This document shows positions 27,723 to 46,702 of a DNA stretch of 64,000 nucleotides, one piece after another. This stretch comes from the human T2T-CHM13v2.0 reference genome, Homo sapiens. Under the pieces are notes generated by a model. It did not search any database. It saw only the letters and a list, made by a program, of their open reading frames with translations, and was not told the DNA's origin. The stretch lies in assembly GCF_009914755.1 (NCBI RefSeq), contig NC_060942.1; one strand, 5' to 3'. The position numbers and the translations under genes are program-made. How positions within the stretch are numbered: the first letter of the stretch is position 1; each line of letters begins with the position of its first letter.

Positions 27723-30535
27723 CGCCTAATAAATAAATTAGTGTATTCTTTAACAAATAGTATTTGCCCTGGCTCTGGAAAAATATGGAACCTCAGTCAT
27801 TGCCCTATCAGGGTTTAAATTTCGCAAAGAACAACAGAAGCAAGAAATTTTTTCAAAGGAGAAAGAAAATGTAAAATAGGCTCACCAAACTCCTACTGTG
27901 GCATAGTGGACAATTAATATTTTGCCTGCCAGCACATCCCTTTCTTCAGGGAACCGCATCTCCCTTCTCTATAAACTGTTCCTCTTCTGCTTATAAGAAT
28001 CTTATAGGGACTACCATATTCTTAGAGGACCTCAACCATATGGCCATAAGTGATTGGACCAGGAATGGGCATCTGACCTAACCTGTGTCCATCAGAACTC
28101 TACCCAGGGCCACCATGAGTCCATATGGCACTTTTGTGTAAATTAGAAAAAAAGTGGCCCTTCCTCAAGACACTTCATACCCTGTGTTAGGAAACTGTTG
28201 ACATCTACAATGTTTATGGGGCATGTGGCACCCCTAGGTTTTTGCAGTAACTCCAATGCAGTATTTTTGAACTTCAGACTACCAACAATATGACAGGCAG
28301 TATCTCTCCAGTACAGAGACAATAAAATTCAGGAGCTTAGTGCAGACGTCCACTCTGATACATGGAAAAGGCTGGTCTGCAGTGAGACAGGATGAAGTCA
28401 ATGCGTGGAAAGAAGCCAAAATGCAGAACAGAGGGAGATAGTTCCAGTTATATTTGGGGTCATGATTCCAATTGTTCCTAGAGACTCAAGTGTATCCCTT
28501 CCTCTCCCATTGTTTGGATGTTCAACTCTTTCTTTTTTTCCACAAGCCAAAACATTCCTTTTTTGGCATCTGCAGGATCAAATAGAATTTTTGTTATTTG
28601 CAAATAATGCAGCTGTGAATTTAATTTCACTAATTTCCACATCCCTCAATTTTAAAGGCAAATGGGGGAGGGCACATTAGCTGTAATCTCTACTTGATCA
28701 AGTATGATTTTTACACAAAGGGAAACAGCTCTGTGTCTATCTATTCCAACCCAGTAAGTCGTTTCTCATTCTATGTCCATGCCTAAAAAGAAAATTACAT
28801 GTTGGCTGCCTGCTTTAATTGTTTGTAATCACTGAAATTTGTAGTCCCATCCTGTGGTGTGTTCTGAGACCTCTCCTCATGGGGCATTCTTTCACTGTGT
28901 TTTGTTGGCAGGAGTGTAGCAATTAGAAAATTAGGAAATCTATAAAATCCAGAGGGATATCAGTTTTGGCATTTCTTTCCTTTAGTCAGTGTTGTTGTTA
29001 GAAATACACAGGGCACTGGAAAAAAAAATTAAATGGAACCATGGCCTCTACCACTGAAATAGAGAGCTAATCTGTTTCCAAGAATCACTCACTATCCCCA
29101 TTGGCGGATCCCACTATGGGAGGTGAATCCAATGAGTCTCTTCTTGGAGGGAGAAGGGAAGAGTTCTTCTTGCCCTCTGAGCTTGCTTAGAGGCCAGTAA
29201 CTTTAGAAAGTCATCTTCCTCCCAAGTGCACATGACCCTAATTTGTAGTTACAGCCAAATATGTAGAACGGGAAGATTAAACCTTATTCATGTATGTGCA
29301 TACATACACCTGGTCACATGCAACTAAAAAGTCATGACTAATTTTAAAACAAACATAGCAGAACTGAGGTTATCCTTTTCTCCTTCAACATGCTTTAAAA
29401 GTGTGTTTGCTCTTTGGAAATAGGAAGGAGTCATCTGGAGCCACATTACCTGGCAAATCAGGTAATCAAGCTGCAGTAATTGGGGGGTTCAATAAAAAAG
29501 TATTAGTAAGCTATAAGACTGGTTTTCTATACGGCTCAAAAGCTGTTGCCAAAAATAATTTTCAAAGGAAACCAGAAAAGAACTTCCATCAATGGAAGCA
29601 TCCTTAGAATAATTGAGTAACCTTCTAAAAAGATTACACAGGAGGGAAACCACTCATTTGGAAAGGAAAGAAGAGGTTGTACATATGCTTGCCATTCAAA
29701 AATGGTTAAGTGATGAAAAGCACAAACAAGTGCATCTGCATGAGATACAGTGATATAAATACTTATGTTTCTAGAATATTCATCAGATGAGTCCGGGAAA
29801 ACTGGCAGTTTAGAAGTAATCAAGTTAGATCTTCTCCTTCCAGTATATCCTAGAATAGATTCCCAATATATTAAAGAGAAAAAATAAAATCATAAAAATT
29901 TTAGTGACTGAAAAATGTGAAAGAAAATAGAGTTTGGGGACAAGTTTTCTAAGCATAAACTTATGAAAGAAATGGAAATTTTATAAGACCAAAAACATTG
30001 TATAGAAAAAAATGTGCACCAAGGCAGAGTTAATAGCCTTACTATATACAGAACTGTTATAAAGTAATAAAATATTTCATATTTATAAAACATGAGATGT
30101 TTTAAAAAATGTTTAATCTTCCTAGTCACTACCAAAACATTGCAATTTAAAGATGTTGTAGCTGGAGTAATATTTCTAAGCACATTAATGTGCTTCCCCC
30201 CAACCCTTAATGGTTCTGTGCATTTGACCTTACCATGATCAGCCTACAAAATCCATCTGTGTTGGGTAAAGGGGAAGGAGAGGAATTAGGGGTGGGAGGC
30301 TGTCAGGTGGGGCAGATAGAAGTCTTACTGTAACAAAAAACAAGAGTTAATAATTTGCTTCTGATATCCAAAATTGGGTTTTATAGCATGGAGAGACAGA
30401 CTTTGTCAGAAGAAACAGGATTTCTAAATTTCTGTAGTCTCTTTCACTGTGGAAGAAAGTTTCACTCTGCCTGTAACAGTTAAACTGTGATGTCTGCTAA
30501 CCTTATAGTCTAGGATGGAGAAGGGACAAGGAGGA

Positions 30536-30960
30536 TATTATACAAACACAAATAGATACATAATATTAATATATAATTATTAATATATTTACATAAACAT
30601 ACATTTACATAAATATAATATATTCATATAATACATAATTATATTTACATAAATATATTTAATATATATCTATTTAATATATAAGTATATTTACATAAAT
30701 ATATTAATATATTTAATGTAATATATAAATTTATATATTTATATACATATATAGTTATACATATAACTATATAATACATATAATATCCTCTGTATATACT
30801 TATATATATGCCTATATATACACAGAGGATATAGAGAGACAAATATAGATAATATATAATCTATTATATAATATATAACGTATAATATATAATCTATTAT
30901 ATAATATCTACGTTTGTCTCTGTATAATATCCTCTGTGTATATTTATACATATACAGAGA
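30536..30960. repeat. AT-rich (TA)n-like low-complexity tract with internal inverted repeats
   Basis: Nearly pure A/T, with repeated ATATTTACATAAATATA and an ATATCCTCTGT motif present in both orientations. Confidence 0.9.
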
Positions 30961-31912
30961 CAGCAGAACATCCAAAGACAGACCTTTCCTACTCAGGTGA
31001 AAGAACAAAGGAGAAAGACTGATGTAGTGCAAGAAGGTCAGGTGCTGGATCCCTATTATTTTCCTCTCCACATATGCCAGGCAGGCACTTACACATTCTA
31101 AATAGATTTGGGGAAGTGCAAGGACATCAGGGCTAGCAGCTCATTTCCCTGGACACAATACAGGTAGGGTAGAAACCCTACCTGTGGCTACTTTGAGCAC
31201 GGAAGAAGCTGAGACAGGTTTGGCAGATGATAGGCAGTTAGATGGACCATGCGCTCCTGGCTCTCCATGGTCTGCTCACAGACAGCAAAGGATCCATGTG
31301 AAGCCAAATGCCCTGGTAGGGAATGCAACAGTGCTGAGAAGGTCAGGGGACCAGCAGAAGCAAGTGGGGCTAAATTGCTGGGCTCAAAGGCCCCAGCAAC
31401 ATGTGCTAGCGCAGAATCCCAAGAAGCCAGGTCGGGGTAGGTACTATTCAGCAGTTACAGGTTCAGATACAATCCCTGGGCAGCTGACACCTTACGGGGG
31501 ATTGGTCTCTGAGAAGTAAGAATTTATAAATTGAAAGTAGCCTGTTTAAACCAGAGGAGATGGGATACTATTCACTGGGAAGCCTTAGGGCTCCTTACTG
31601 TCCAATGAGGAGGTGCTCACGGGGAATATCAGAAATATATTGATGATGTATTAATATTGAATATCAGTACAATATTAAACCAAAATGAAACCACATTTTA
31701 AAATCCAGCCAAGTGTGACTTGAGTAATCTGCAACATTGCTAACACAGTACTTTTTTCTTTGTTTCACTCTTTCATGAGTTCTATTTTTTCTGTATATAT
31801 TTCTGTTTCCAAATGTCTATAAAAATAATATAAAATACAATTACCCTTTTATAAAAACATGTATCACCTCTGAAATAAAAAATACAATACCTATTTTAAA
31901 AAATGTGTTTGT

Positions 31913-32230
31913 AGCCGGGCGAGGTGGCTTATATCTGTAATCCCAGGATTTTGGAAGGCCAAGGTGGGAGTATTGCTTGCACTTACAAGTTTGAGACCAG
32001 CCTGGGCAACACAGCAAGACCTCGCCTCTACTAAAAAATAAAAAATAAATAAAAATAAATAAGCCAGGCATGATGGTGCTCACCTGTAGTTCCAGCTACT
32101 CAGGAGGCTGAGATGGGAGGATCACTTGAGCCCAGGAAGTTAAGGCTGCTGTGAGCTGTGATTGCCACTGCACTCCAGCCTGGGCAACAGAGCAAGACCC
32201 TGTCTCTAAATAAATACATAAATAAATAAT
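31913..32230 (+). mobile_element. Full-length AluJ
   Basis: GGGAGGATCACTTGAGCCCAGG and GTGAGCTGTGATTG; (TAAA)n tail; TSD AAAATGTGTTT. Confidence 0.93.
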
Positions 32231-33407
32231 AAAATGTGTTTATATATCAAACAAGATCAGAAGAGACTCTAGGGTAACGTTTCAGTTAAAATTATTTTCT
32301 GTAAAGTTAAGTGTACAATAAAAATTCAAAGATTAACAAATTTGGGCCTCCTTAATTTTGTCACTTACCCATATATTTCATCTTTTTTTTTAGGTGAAAA
32401 CAAGCCATCTCCACTGATTTTCAATTATCTGTACTCTGGAAGTCCAACACACCCTTGCCTAATTAAGCATATGCTTCCTAGGATTAGTGCAGGAGAGATT
32501 TACCGCCTAACGCGGCTCTCCCAGCTCCCAGCACCATCTGTGCATTGAGCCGTGCCCAGAGTGATTTGGTGATTCACTGGAACCTGGCAAAGGGTCTGGC
32601 CAGGCTCCGACAGAAAACAGGATATGGTAATTCTCTCGAGGCTTAGCCCAACTCTGCTGTGGTTTCCTTGATACACTCTCTAGTTCCTCAAGACCAGCCT
32701 TTGGTTTTCATTGCTCTGCAGTGGTGTTTCCACATCCACACCCTGGTTCAGACAGAATAAATTAGACAATACATTTGTGAGCTCATTACTTCTCCAAGAG
32801 GCCTAGAGAACAGAGTCTGTTACCCAAGGTCACACTGTTAGCAGTGGCAGAATGAGGACAGGACCCAGGCACCCAGCTGTTCATCCAGGAAGACTAGAGC
32901 ATTTGAGGAAAATATCCACAGCCCAAAGTAATCACTTGTTACCATGAACAGTCATGAACCCCCCTTTCACTTTTATGATCCACTCGAGGGTGGCTCAAGT
33001 TCAAACTAATCTAGTCCCACATGGAATTCACTGCAAATGATTTCTAAATGTGGGCAGGATTGAACTGTATTTAAATACAGACTTTCTTCTCCCTGGGCCC
33101 CCCAAAGGCTGCCCTTTCCACAGCCTCCCTACCCTTCCCCTGTGCCTACCAGTAACTGTGGTTTCTTGGTAAGTCAGCTAAGGTTCATTATCATTATTAT
33201 TATTATTATTGATAGGTTATACAAGCACAGTGTACAGAAGTCAAAAAGGACAAAAATAGTAACCAGTAGAAAGTAATTATTTTTCTTACCTTCAGCCACT
33301 CAGTGACCAAAACACTGGTATCGGATTTTTGGATATCTTTCTGGAGTTATTCCATGAATGTACAAGTATACATATTTATATACATATATGTCATTTTTTG
33401 AAATTGA

Positions 33408-33688
<281 letters not shown>

Positions 33689-34202
33689 GGAGGTGTGCGC
33701 TTTACACTGTTATCCTTGCTTCATCTTCATTTAACATCTCTTGACTATTGTTCCGTATTAGCATGCATGAACAAGATAGCCATGTATTTCTGATGCCAAA
33801 TATACCTAGTGCTTTAAAATTTATCTCCAAAGCCACGGTATTCTGTGTCCATTTACAGTCAACAAAAACTGTCGTTTCTATTCCTGTCAAAGTTATGGCT
33901 GGGAGGATTTTAACAACTAATGATCGGAGATAAGTAAGCACACCAAATATATAAATACTGGATACTCCCTGTATAAGTCCCATCAATTGCCATATATTAG
34001 GTATCAGAACCTGGCATCTCAGAGTTGGAAGAGACCTTAGAATCATGTGGTCTTTTTGCTCAGGAAAAGAATCCCTTTCACATTCTTCCTGACAGCGTCA
34101 CCTAACCTGTGCTTAAGCTCCACAGGCATCCCTCCTCCTCTAAAAATAAGACATTTTACTTCTAGGGCATTTAAATCCCAGTCTTATATATATTTTTTTA
34201 AT

Positions 34203-34378
34203 TCTTTTTTTTTTTTTTTTTTAGAGATAGGACCTCGTCGTGTTGCCCAGGCTGGCGTGCAGTAGTCATTCACAGGCAAAATCATAGCTCACTGCAGCCT
34301 CGAATTCCTGGGCTTAAGGTATCCTCCTGCCTCAGCCTCCCAAGTAGCTGGGATGACAGGCATGTGTCACTGCACCCA
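34203..34378 (-). mobile_element. Alu right monomer (FRAM/AluJ)
   Basis: Poly-T followed by ...ATAGCTCACTGCAGCCTCGAATTCCTGGGCTTAAG. Confidence 0.88.
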
Positions 34379-36082
34379 AGTTAGTTTTATATTAAAACTT
34401 GACTTCCTAGTGGCCCTTTGACGATACTGATGGCTGCTGCTGTGTTACCTCAAGTTTTGTCTCCAGGCTGTCCTTCTCCAGGGCGTTCCACTGCTCTACC
34501 AGCACCCAGGTGTCCACATCTCCACTGTCCTGGGCAGGTACCTTGCTGCCACATTGTCTGAAAGAGAGGCATTAAGACCTGGCTGCAGTGACGCAGCTGG
34601 GGCCTGACCAACACAGAGCAATAAGCACACAGTCAGGCCTAGAGACTGAAGGGTGTGGCTTGTGCCTTGCTTACCTTTTCCAAATATTTCCTGACTTTCC
34701 TTGAGAAAACTCAGAACAAGTGTTACCCTATGGGTTTAGCGGCCATATTTTCTGAGCCAAAAACTGCACCTCCCAACCACCAGCCAAATTGTTGCCTTCT
34801 GTGCAGCAAAGACCATCCCACGCCCACCGATGCAGAAAGGAGCAGGTCTAAGCATTGGTGGGCTGATACCTCAGCCCAGCACCCCCCTGTGGCTCCTGGA
34901 AGTTCATGGGTAGCCTCTGAAAAGACTGCTTGGCCACCATTAGGAGTTGTGCTGATTCTGTGATTTGAAGTTATGGTATCAATTTGGTAAGAACTAAAAT
35001 GATTATCCACGTTTGTCTTGGGCTCACAGGGCTTTCAGTGATGTGCCCCCCACCCTGATTTTGAGGATGAAGCTGGATAATTATCACCCTGTGACAGTGA
35101 AAATGATGCTAATCAGTGCACAGCTGATGAGAATAACCAGATACAGAGTCTCTCCACCTAGCTATAGGTGGCTTTTAAATTAGTTGCTGAGAAGACAACG
35201 GACACACCTACATCAGACCTGTCCAGGGGACCAGTGGCTATCCTTAGGCTTGGATCAGAGCGTGAAGAAAGCCATAACCTCAGCAGCTCTAAGGGGCACT
35301 GTGTGATTAAAGAAAGACTTAGGGCCCAGCACTGAGAGACGCGTACACAGTCCAGATGGAGAGAGGCGGCAGGAGATTCATCTGCACTACCACTTCTGAG
35401 AAAGCGCATGCATCCAAGCAGGAGTGTTTTCATTCCGGTTCTGGGCTCATTCAGCAAGCTTCTGACAATGGATCTGGTTTCCCAGTTACCTGGAAATCAA
35501 GTACAGGTATCTGTGAAAAACAGGCATAATTCTGAGCATGCCGATCCTCGGAAGGACGTACTTCCCAGGAAATTAGTCAGTAGTCACACAGCTTTCTAGG
35601 TCCAACTTTATTAATCAGGAGAATGAGAGCCTGTTACTGAACATCTGGTCAATTAAGGATAAATGGAAACCAACTGAGTTGCTGTGACATCTCCAAGAAT
35701 ATGACAAGCTGGGAAACCCTGCCTAGGTGCTGGCTAGTACTGTCTTTAAAGGCAACACCGAGTCCTGCTTTCTGGGACCCATTCCTAGGCTCCTCGATAG
35801 CTTTTTGGCACCTGACTCTCATTCTTTCTACCTTTCCTGCCCTCATCCCAGTTCCTTTCAACATTCATTTCAACTACCTGACAGTGCATGTATTTCTGCC
35901 CCCTTGACTCCCTGGACCATTTCTCTACTCCATACCAGTGACACTGCCAGTCTCACCATCTCACTGATGGCTCTGGTCTGGTGAGCTTGTCCTTAGAACA
36001 CCCTCTCTGCCATCTCACCCACTCTACAACCTTTAGCGAAAGTCCTCTTTGGGTCCAGACTCTATTCCATCAGCTCCTGTGA

Positions 36083-37270
<1,188 letters not shown>

Positions 37271-38031
37271 TCTACACATGTGATACTCTCCAAGGTTGAG
37301 GGAATCCTTAGCCTTTTGTTCTTTTCTGTATACACTTTACCGTATCTAATTCTAGAAGCTTCCCTATTTCTGTCATCCAAGCCTTGGAATCCTCCTTGAT
37401 TTCTTCCTCTCCTAAGCTCCATGCTGTGTTCAAATACCAAGTCCAACTATTTATTGCATGGAAATAATTCATATGTTCAGCTATTTTTGGGGGGCAACCA
37501 CAGTCACTACCCCCACTTAAAGGTAAAAGCCATATTCCTCAGAGGTAAAGGATGGCAACAGCCCCCTAATTCTAGTCCATGCCTTCAGTGTCTTCCCCAT
37601 TCTACTCCTACCTCTCACTACCATACTCCTCTTTATCACCTACACTGTGACCTTGTCACTCCTCTGCTCAGAACATTTCATGTCTCTATGCCACCCACCA
37701 GACAGGATGGCATTTGAGACTGCCAGAATTTGGCTCCCATGTACCATTCTAGACTTCATCCCACTACTCTCTTACTGAGCCCTCAAAACTAACAGGTGAA
37801 TTCACCAATGTGTTCTGCATATCTCTTGTGTTCTCCAGCCTTTGCATCTTAGCTCACATTGATCATCTCTTCCGGGCTGCCCTCTGCCTCCTTTTATCTC
37901 TGTTTCTGGGTCTACCTCAAATCCAGCCTCCTCCATAAAGCTTTTCCCAACCACTTTAGCCTACATGGCTTTCCATTTTTGCTTGGGGGAGAGGGGTACA
38001 GTTTGATGATGCTGTAAAGAATACAAACCTT

Positions 38032-38373
<342 letters not shown>

Positions 38374-38689
38374 TCAACTCTCCCATTTACTTATCTCTGA
38401 GACCTAGGATTGGGTAGTTAACCTCACTAAACTTCCAGTTTCTCATATGTAACTTGAGTCAGAGATTATTAGTGCCGATCTCAAAAGATGCTGGGAGGAA
38501 TAAATGCCTGACACATGGCAAGGGCTCAGCATCTTCCTGTGTGGTTATTATCACAGCAGACATTGTTGTTTACCCACCCAGATCCTTCTTAATAGACCAG
38601 CAGATTTTCAAGCAACTCCTTCTCCTACACACAGCCACCTTCTTCAGAGAGAGCTGATTCAATCTCCCACTATAGCTCGATTCTTTCTT

Positions 38690-39010
38690 TATTGATATAT
38701 CATAGTTGCACATATTTGTGTGATATAAGTGATACTTGACACATGCATACAATGATCAAATCAAGGTAATTGGGATATCCAACACCTCAAACATTTATCT
38801 TTTCTCAGTGTTGGAAACATTAAAATTCTTCTAGCTATTTTTAAATATACGATAAATTAACTATAATTACCCTATCATACTGTTGAATACTAGAACTTAT
38901 TCCTTCTATCTAACTCTATTTTTGTACCCACTAAGAAACTTCTTTTCATTTCCCCCTCCCCTCTTGCCTTCCAAGTCTCTGATAACCACCATCCTACTCT
39001 TTGCCTTCCT
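38690..39010 (-). mobile_element. L1MA-type 3' end
   Basis: AATGATCAAATCAAGGTAATTGGGATATCC...CTAGAACTTATTCCTTCTATCTAACT. Confidence 0.8.
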
Positions 39011-39292
39011 GAGTAGCTCCCACAGGAGCTAGATGGTCTAGACCCTGCCTGCTTTTCTGACCTCATGTTCTCCCACCAGAATACGATGCAGCAGCCATGC
39101 TTGGCTTTGTTGTTTCTCAAACAAGACAAGCTTCTTCCTGCGTCAGGACTTTTGCTTTTATTATTTCCTCTGAGTGGAATATTCTTCTCCTGCCTTTTCT
39201 CTTCCTTGAAGTCATAATTCAAACATTACATCCTTGGAGAGGCTTTTCCCAAAACCCTATCTAAAGTAGCTCCCAAACCCGTTGCATGCTCC

Positions 39293-40683
<1,391 letters not shown>

Positions 40684-40694
40684 TGCTCCACTCT

Positions 40695-41250
40695 TTTTAA
40701 AACAGCTTTATTGAGATACTATTCACATACCATACAATTAACCCATTTGTGTGTACAATTTAATGACTTTTAGCATATGTACAGAGTTGTGCAGCTATCA
40801 CCACAATCAATTTTAGAACATTTCCATAGGCCCCATTAGCAATTGCTCCCCATTTCCACCCAATCCCCCCAGGCCTAGGTAACCACCAATCTACTTTCTG
40901 TCTGTATAGACTTTCCTATTCTGCTTATTTCATATAAATGGAATCATACAATATACATTCCTTTGAGACTGGGTTCTTTCACTTAGCGTGTTTTCAAGGT
41001 TCATTCATGTTGTAGCATGAAACAGTACTTCAATCTTTTTCATGGTTTGATAATATTCCATTGTATGGTTATACCACATTTTGTTTATTTATCCATCCAT
41101 TTATTTATCAAACAAATGGATTGATAAATTTTACTTATCTGTTCATCAGTTGATAGGAATTTGGGTCATTTCCACTTTGGGGTTCTTATGAATAATGCTG
41201 CAGTGAACATTCATGTACAAGTTTCGTGTAGACATATATTTTCATTTCTC
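40695..41250 (-). mobile_element. L1MB-type 3' end
   Basis: CAGCTTTATTGAGATACTATTCACATACCATAC...ATGAATAATGCTGCAGTGAACATTCATGTACAAG. Confidence 0.88.
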
Positions 41251-41281
41251 CGGGGCCCTTCGTTATCTATTCCTTCTAAAA

Positions 41282-42092
41282 CAGGGGTTAGAAATCTTTT
41301 CCAGCAAAGGGCCAGACAAGTAAATATTCTAGGCTTTATAAGACAGTCTCTAGAGAAACGACTGAACTCTACCACTGCAGTGAAAAGCAGATGCAGACAA
41401 CATGCGAACAGATAGGTATGGCTGCATTCCGATTGCATTTTATTTAAGAACACTGAAATTTGAAAGGCCATATAATTTTCTTTTTTTACGGTTTTTAAAA
41501 TTTTTAAATTTTTTTGGGTACATAGTAGGAGTACAAATGCCATGTAATATTCACATCATGAAATAATATTCATCTTTTGATTTTTTAACAACCATTTAAA
41601 AATATAAGAATCATTGTTAACTCGCAAGCTGTATTAGTCCATCTGTGTGTTCCTATAAAGAAGTACCTGAGGTTGGGTAATTTTTAAAGAAAGGAGGTTT
41701 AATTGGCTCACAGTTCTACAGGCTTTACAGGAAGCATGGCTCCAGGATCTCCTCCTGGTGAGGGCCTGAAGAAGCTTTTGATCATGGTGGAAGATGAGGG
41801 CAGGAGCAAGACAGAGAGAGGAGATGCCACAGTCTTTTAAATCACCAGATCTTATGTGAACTCAGAGCAAGAACTCACTCATTGTCATGAGGACAGCACC
41901 AAGATATTCATGAGGGATCCACCCCTATAATCCCAATGTTGGAGGTGGGGCCTCCCACCAGGCCCATCCCAACATTGGGGATTACATTTCAACATGAGAT
42001 TTGGAGGGGATAAACATTCAAACTACATCACCAACTACACAAAAACAAGTGGCAGGCCAGGTTAGGTCCATGGGCCATATGTTGCCAATGCT
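41282..42092. mobile_element. MER58-type hAT MITE interrupted by an MST LTR (41630-42030, -)
   Basis: CAGGGGTT..AAAGGGCCAGACAAGTAAATATTCTAGGCTTT; MST runs from TGTATTAGTCC to CAAACTACATCA; MER58 resumes with CAAAAACAAGTGGCAGGCCAG. Confidence 0.82.
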
Positions 42093-43629
42093 TACTCTAT
42101 AACATAATACGTTGATTTCCTTCAAAGCAGTTATTACAAACCTTGTGTGGCTATTTGTTTAGCTGTTTGCATTTCCTTCCATGAGAATGCAAGTATCATC
42201 AGATAGTAGACAATCAACATTTGGTTGGATTAATATATGTACTCTAATTTGTCTCATTGATCTCCTGTCAATAGATATTTGAGTTGTTTCCAATTTTGTG
42301 AAGCTACACACGATGCTTCCGGGAATGAATCTGCCAATAGGTATAAATATTTTAAGTTGTAATGAATTCGACAAATTATCCTCCTAAAAAGTTATATTAG
42401 CAAACATATGAATGTGCCCACTTTCCCATACCCTATCCAACACTGAGTATTATCTAGTGGACAAACAAATAAAACAAAGATGAGATTTAAATGTATCAAG
42501 TATTAGTGATGGTGTGGACGTTTTCTTAATTATTGGACCCCAATTTGTAAGAGCGCTCATGGATTTGTGCATAAGGGAAATTAACTCCTTAGCTGTCAAA
42601 TGTATTGCAAATACATTTTTGCAGTGTTTTTATATTTTGATTTTTTATTTCTTGGCTTTCGACTTTTTTTAGGATGCCATTTTTTCCATACAGAAAGTTT
42701 CCTTTTTTTAAGTTGTCAAATGTGTCAAATGTTTTCTTTATTGCTTCTAGTTTTCACATTGTGCTTAGAAAGGTCTTTTTCATTCCAAGATTTTAAAGAT
42801 GATTCATCCTTGTTTTCTTCTAGTAATCTGAGGTTTTCTTTCTCTTTTTTAACATTTTAATCTTTGGATTATTAGTAATGATCACTAGGACAGGTAAGGC
42901 CGGGAATTAGCTTTACTTTGTCCTAAACAATGAAACAGTTATCTGTATAAATCATCTTTTTTTCTGCTGATTTGAGATGCCAATTTTAGGATACTACATT
43001 TCCAAAACTACTTGGTATATTCAGGGTGATATCAAACTTTTTAAACACAGATACAAGATATACTCCCCAATCAGTCGGAACAGAGCATCAACACATCACG
43101 GCAAAAGAACCATGGAAAGGGACAGTGGTAGGCTCAGGCAGTCAGTGTGGCATGGGCCACACAGCTTGATTTCTGGACTTGGCTGTGGCTCCTCATCCAC
43201 CTATCTAGTCCTGCTATCCTATCTCCTCTAAGAGCAGAACTCCTGGAGCTGTGGTCCCACAGGGCCTCATTAAATGCTTGACCTAACAATGAAAACACCT
43301 ACTCCTAGGCTTTGAGTGGTGTTTGGTTTGACCAGAAACGGCCTGGTATTTAAGTGACTCTTACTCAAGGATCCTGTTACACACAGCTCAGAGCATCTGA
43401 TCTGACACATAGGCTGTGTGCACGCACAGGTGAGTATGTACATCTGCCACACTCATCAGCTTTTAGCATCACCGTCATCACTGTAATTCTGGCTTAACAG
43501 GCTATTAGGAGAGCAAAAAGTCTTCCTTATTTTGTAATGCTCTGTAATAGTTGAATAGCATCAAAATTAATCTGTTCCTTGAAGTATTCATACATAAAAC
43601 TCTCTAGGCCTGGCACTTTAACAGTTTCC

Positions 43630-43818
43630 TTCTTCTTTTTTTTTTTTCTTTTCTTTTCTTCTTTTTTTAAGAGACAGAGTCTCACTCTGTTGCCCAGGCT
43701 GCAGTGTAGTGGCACAATCATAGCTTAATTGCAGCCTCGAACTCCTGGGGTCAAGTGATTCTCCGGCACTAGCCTACCAAAGTGCTGAGATAACAGGTGT
43801 GAGCCACCACGCCAGGCT
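43630..43818 (-). mobile_element. Short or internally deleted Alu (AluJ/FLAM-like)
   Basis: T-rich tail followed by GAGACAGAGTCTCACTCTG...GTGAGCCACCACGCC. Confidence 0.85.
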
Positions 43819-44185
43819 GACAATTTTCCTTCTCAATTTATCCCATTGTTTTCCTTGTTGTTACTAACTTGAATTTGCCTTCTTCTTTAAAACTTATTTT
43901 GAATAACATATTTTCTTAGAAAATTGTCTATTTTGTTCAGATTTTTAAGTTATTGGGATAGAGTAGTGAAGTTATTCTTCAATAATTACTACTTATTCTA
44001 TTTCATTACAGTCAGACAATGTAACCAGTACAGATTCTTCTTGGAATTCATGTAGGTTTTTATTGTGATCTATTTGATAAAAATTTAACATTTCAGGTAG
44101 GATAGGATAGAGGTTAAGAGCCAAACCATCAAACCATATGGGGTTGCAGCTCAGTTCCACCACTAACAAGTGACTTTTAGGAAAG

Positions 44186-44479
44186 TTTTTTTTTGGAGAG
44201 GGAGTCTCCCTCTGTCGCCCAGGCTGGAGTGCAGTGGCGCAAACTTGGCTCACTGCAACCTCTGTCTTCTGGGTTCAAGTGATTCTTCTGCCTCAGCCTC
44301 CTGAGTAGCTGGGATTACAGGCGCATGCCACCACACCCAACTAATTTTTGTATTTTTAGTAGAGATGGGGTTTTGCCATGTTGACTAGGCTGGTCTTGAA
44401 CTTCTGACCTCAGGTGATCCACCCACCTTGGCCTCCCAAAGTGCTGGGATTACAGGTGTGAGCCACTGCATCCCTGGCC
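44186..44479 (-). mobile_element. AluS inserted in a MIR
   Basis: Full reverse Alu; TSD AGGAAAGTT. Confidence 0.94.
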
Positions 44480-44618
44480 AGGAAAGTTATTTAATGTCTT
44501 AATGTCGCCATATGTAATAGAGGGATAGCAATAATGTTGCCAGTTTCAAATGGCTAATAATACATGTAAACCACTAAGAACAGTATCTGAAACATAGTAA
44601 ATACTCAGTAGATGTTAG

Positions 44619-45002
<384 letters not shown>

Positions 45003-45651
45003 TAATCTATAGAGAAGCTTAACCAAAAAAAGTATCCTGTTTCCTAGAGAGATTCTTCTTTTAGAATGTTCTTTATCTAATTTATACTTGATCTTTATTT
45101 TTTCCTATCTTTATCTGTTTTCTCTATCTCTTTTCTCTTTTTCTCTTTCTCTTTTCTCAATGAATAGAAATCTTTTTGGGGTGGGAGGTGGATAGTGAGG
45201 CATATTATTCGTCTTCAATGAAACATTCTATTCCAGCTTATTATTTGCCCAATAATTTTGTTTGAAAATTATCCTGAATTGTTTGCCTTTTTTTCCTGAG
45301 TGGTGTGTAAAATGTACTTGGAATTTAAGTTGCAAGGCAGGTCATTGATGGCAGCCTCTGACAGTGATATCTGCCTGCATGGAAAGATGGGAAGGAGGTA
45401 GCAGTAGAAAGGATCCTAAATGCATTGTCTCTGATCATCCCTCTTTGCACGCCTCTCATCCCACGGAAGGGGGGTTCTCTTCTGGTTTTGGCTGTCCCTC
45501 CACTTTGGGACCAGTAGGTCATCTGGAAAGGTTTTCCAGTTATGAAATTGAGTGAGGCCAAATGAAGACAGCTTTGGGAGATCTCCTTCAACCCTACCTT
45601 CCTGGCCCCAAGCAACACATCTCCTTTTTCGTTCGTGTCTTGCTCACTGTT

Positions 45652-46668
<1,017 letters not shown>

Positions 46669-46702
46669 TCATTTCTTATTCCATATGCATGGAAAGGGAC
46701 CC

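Noticed and set aside
34876-34895. CTCF-like motif (minus strand GCCACAGGGGGGTGCTG)
   Set aside because: Three mismatches to the core, including the conserved AG; unsupported without ChIP data.
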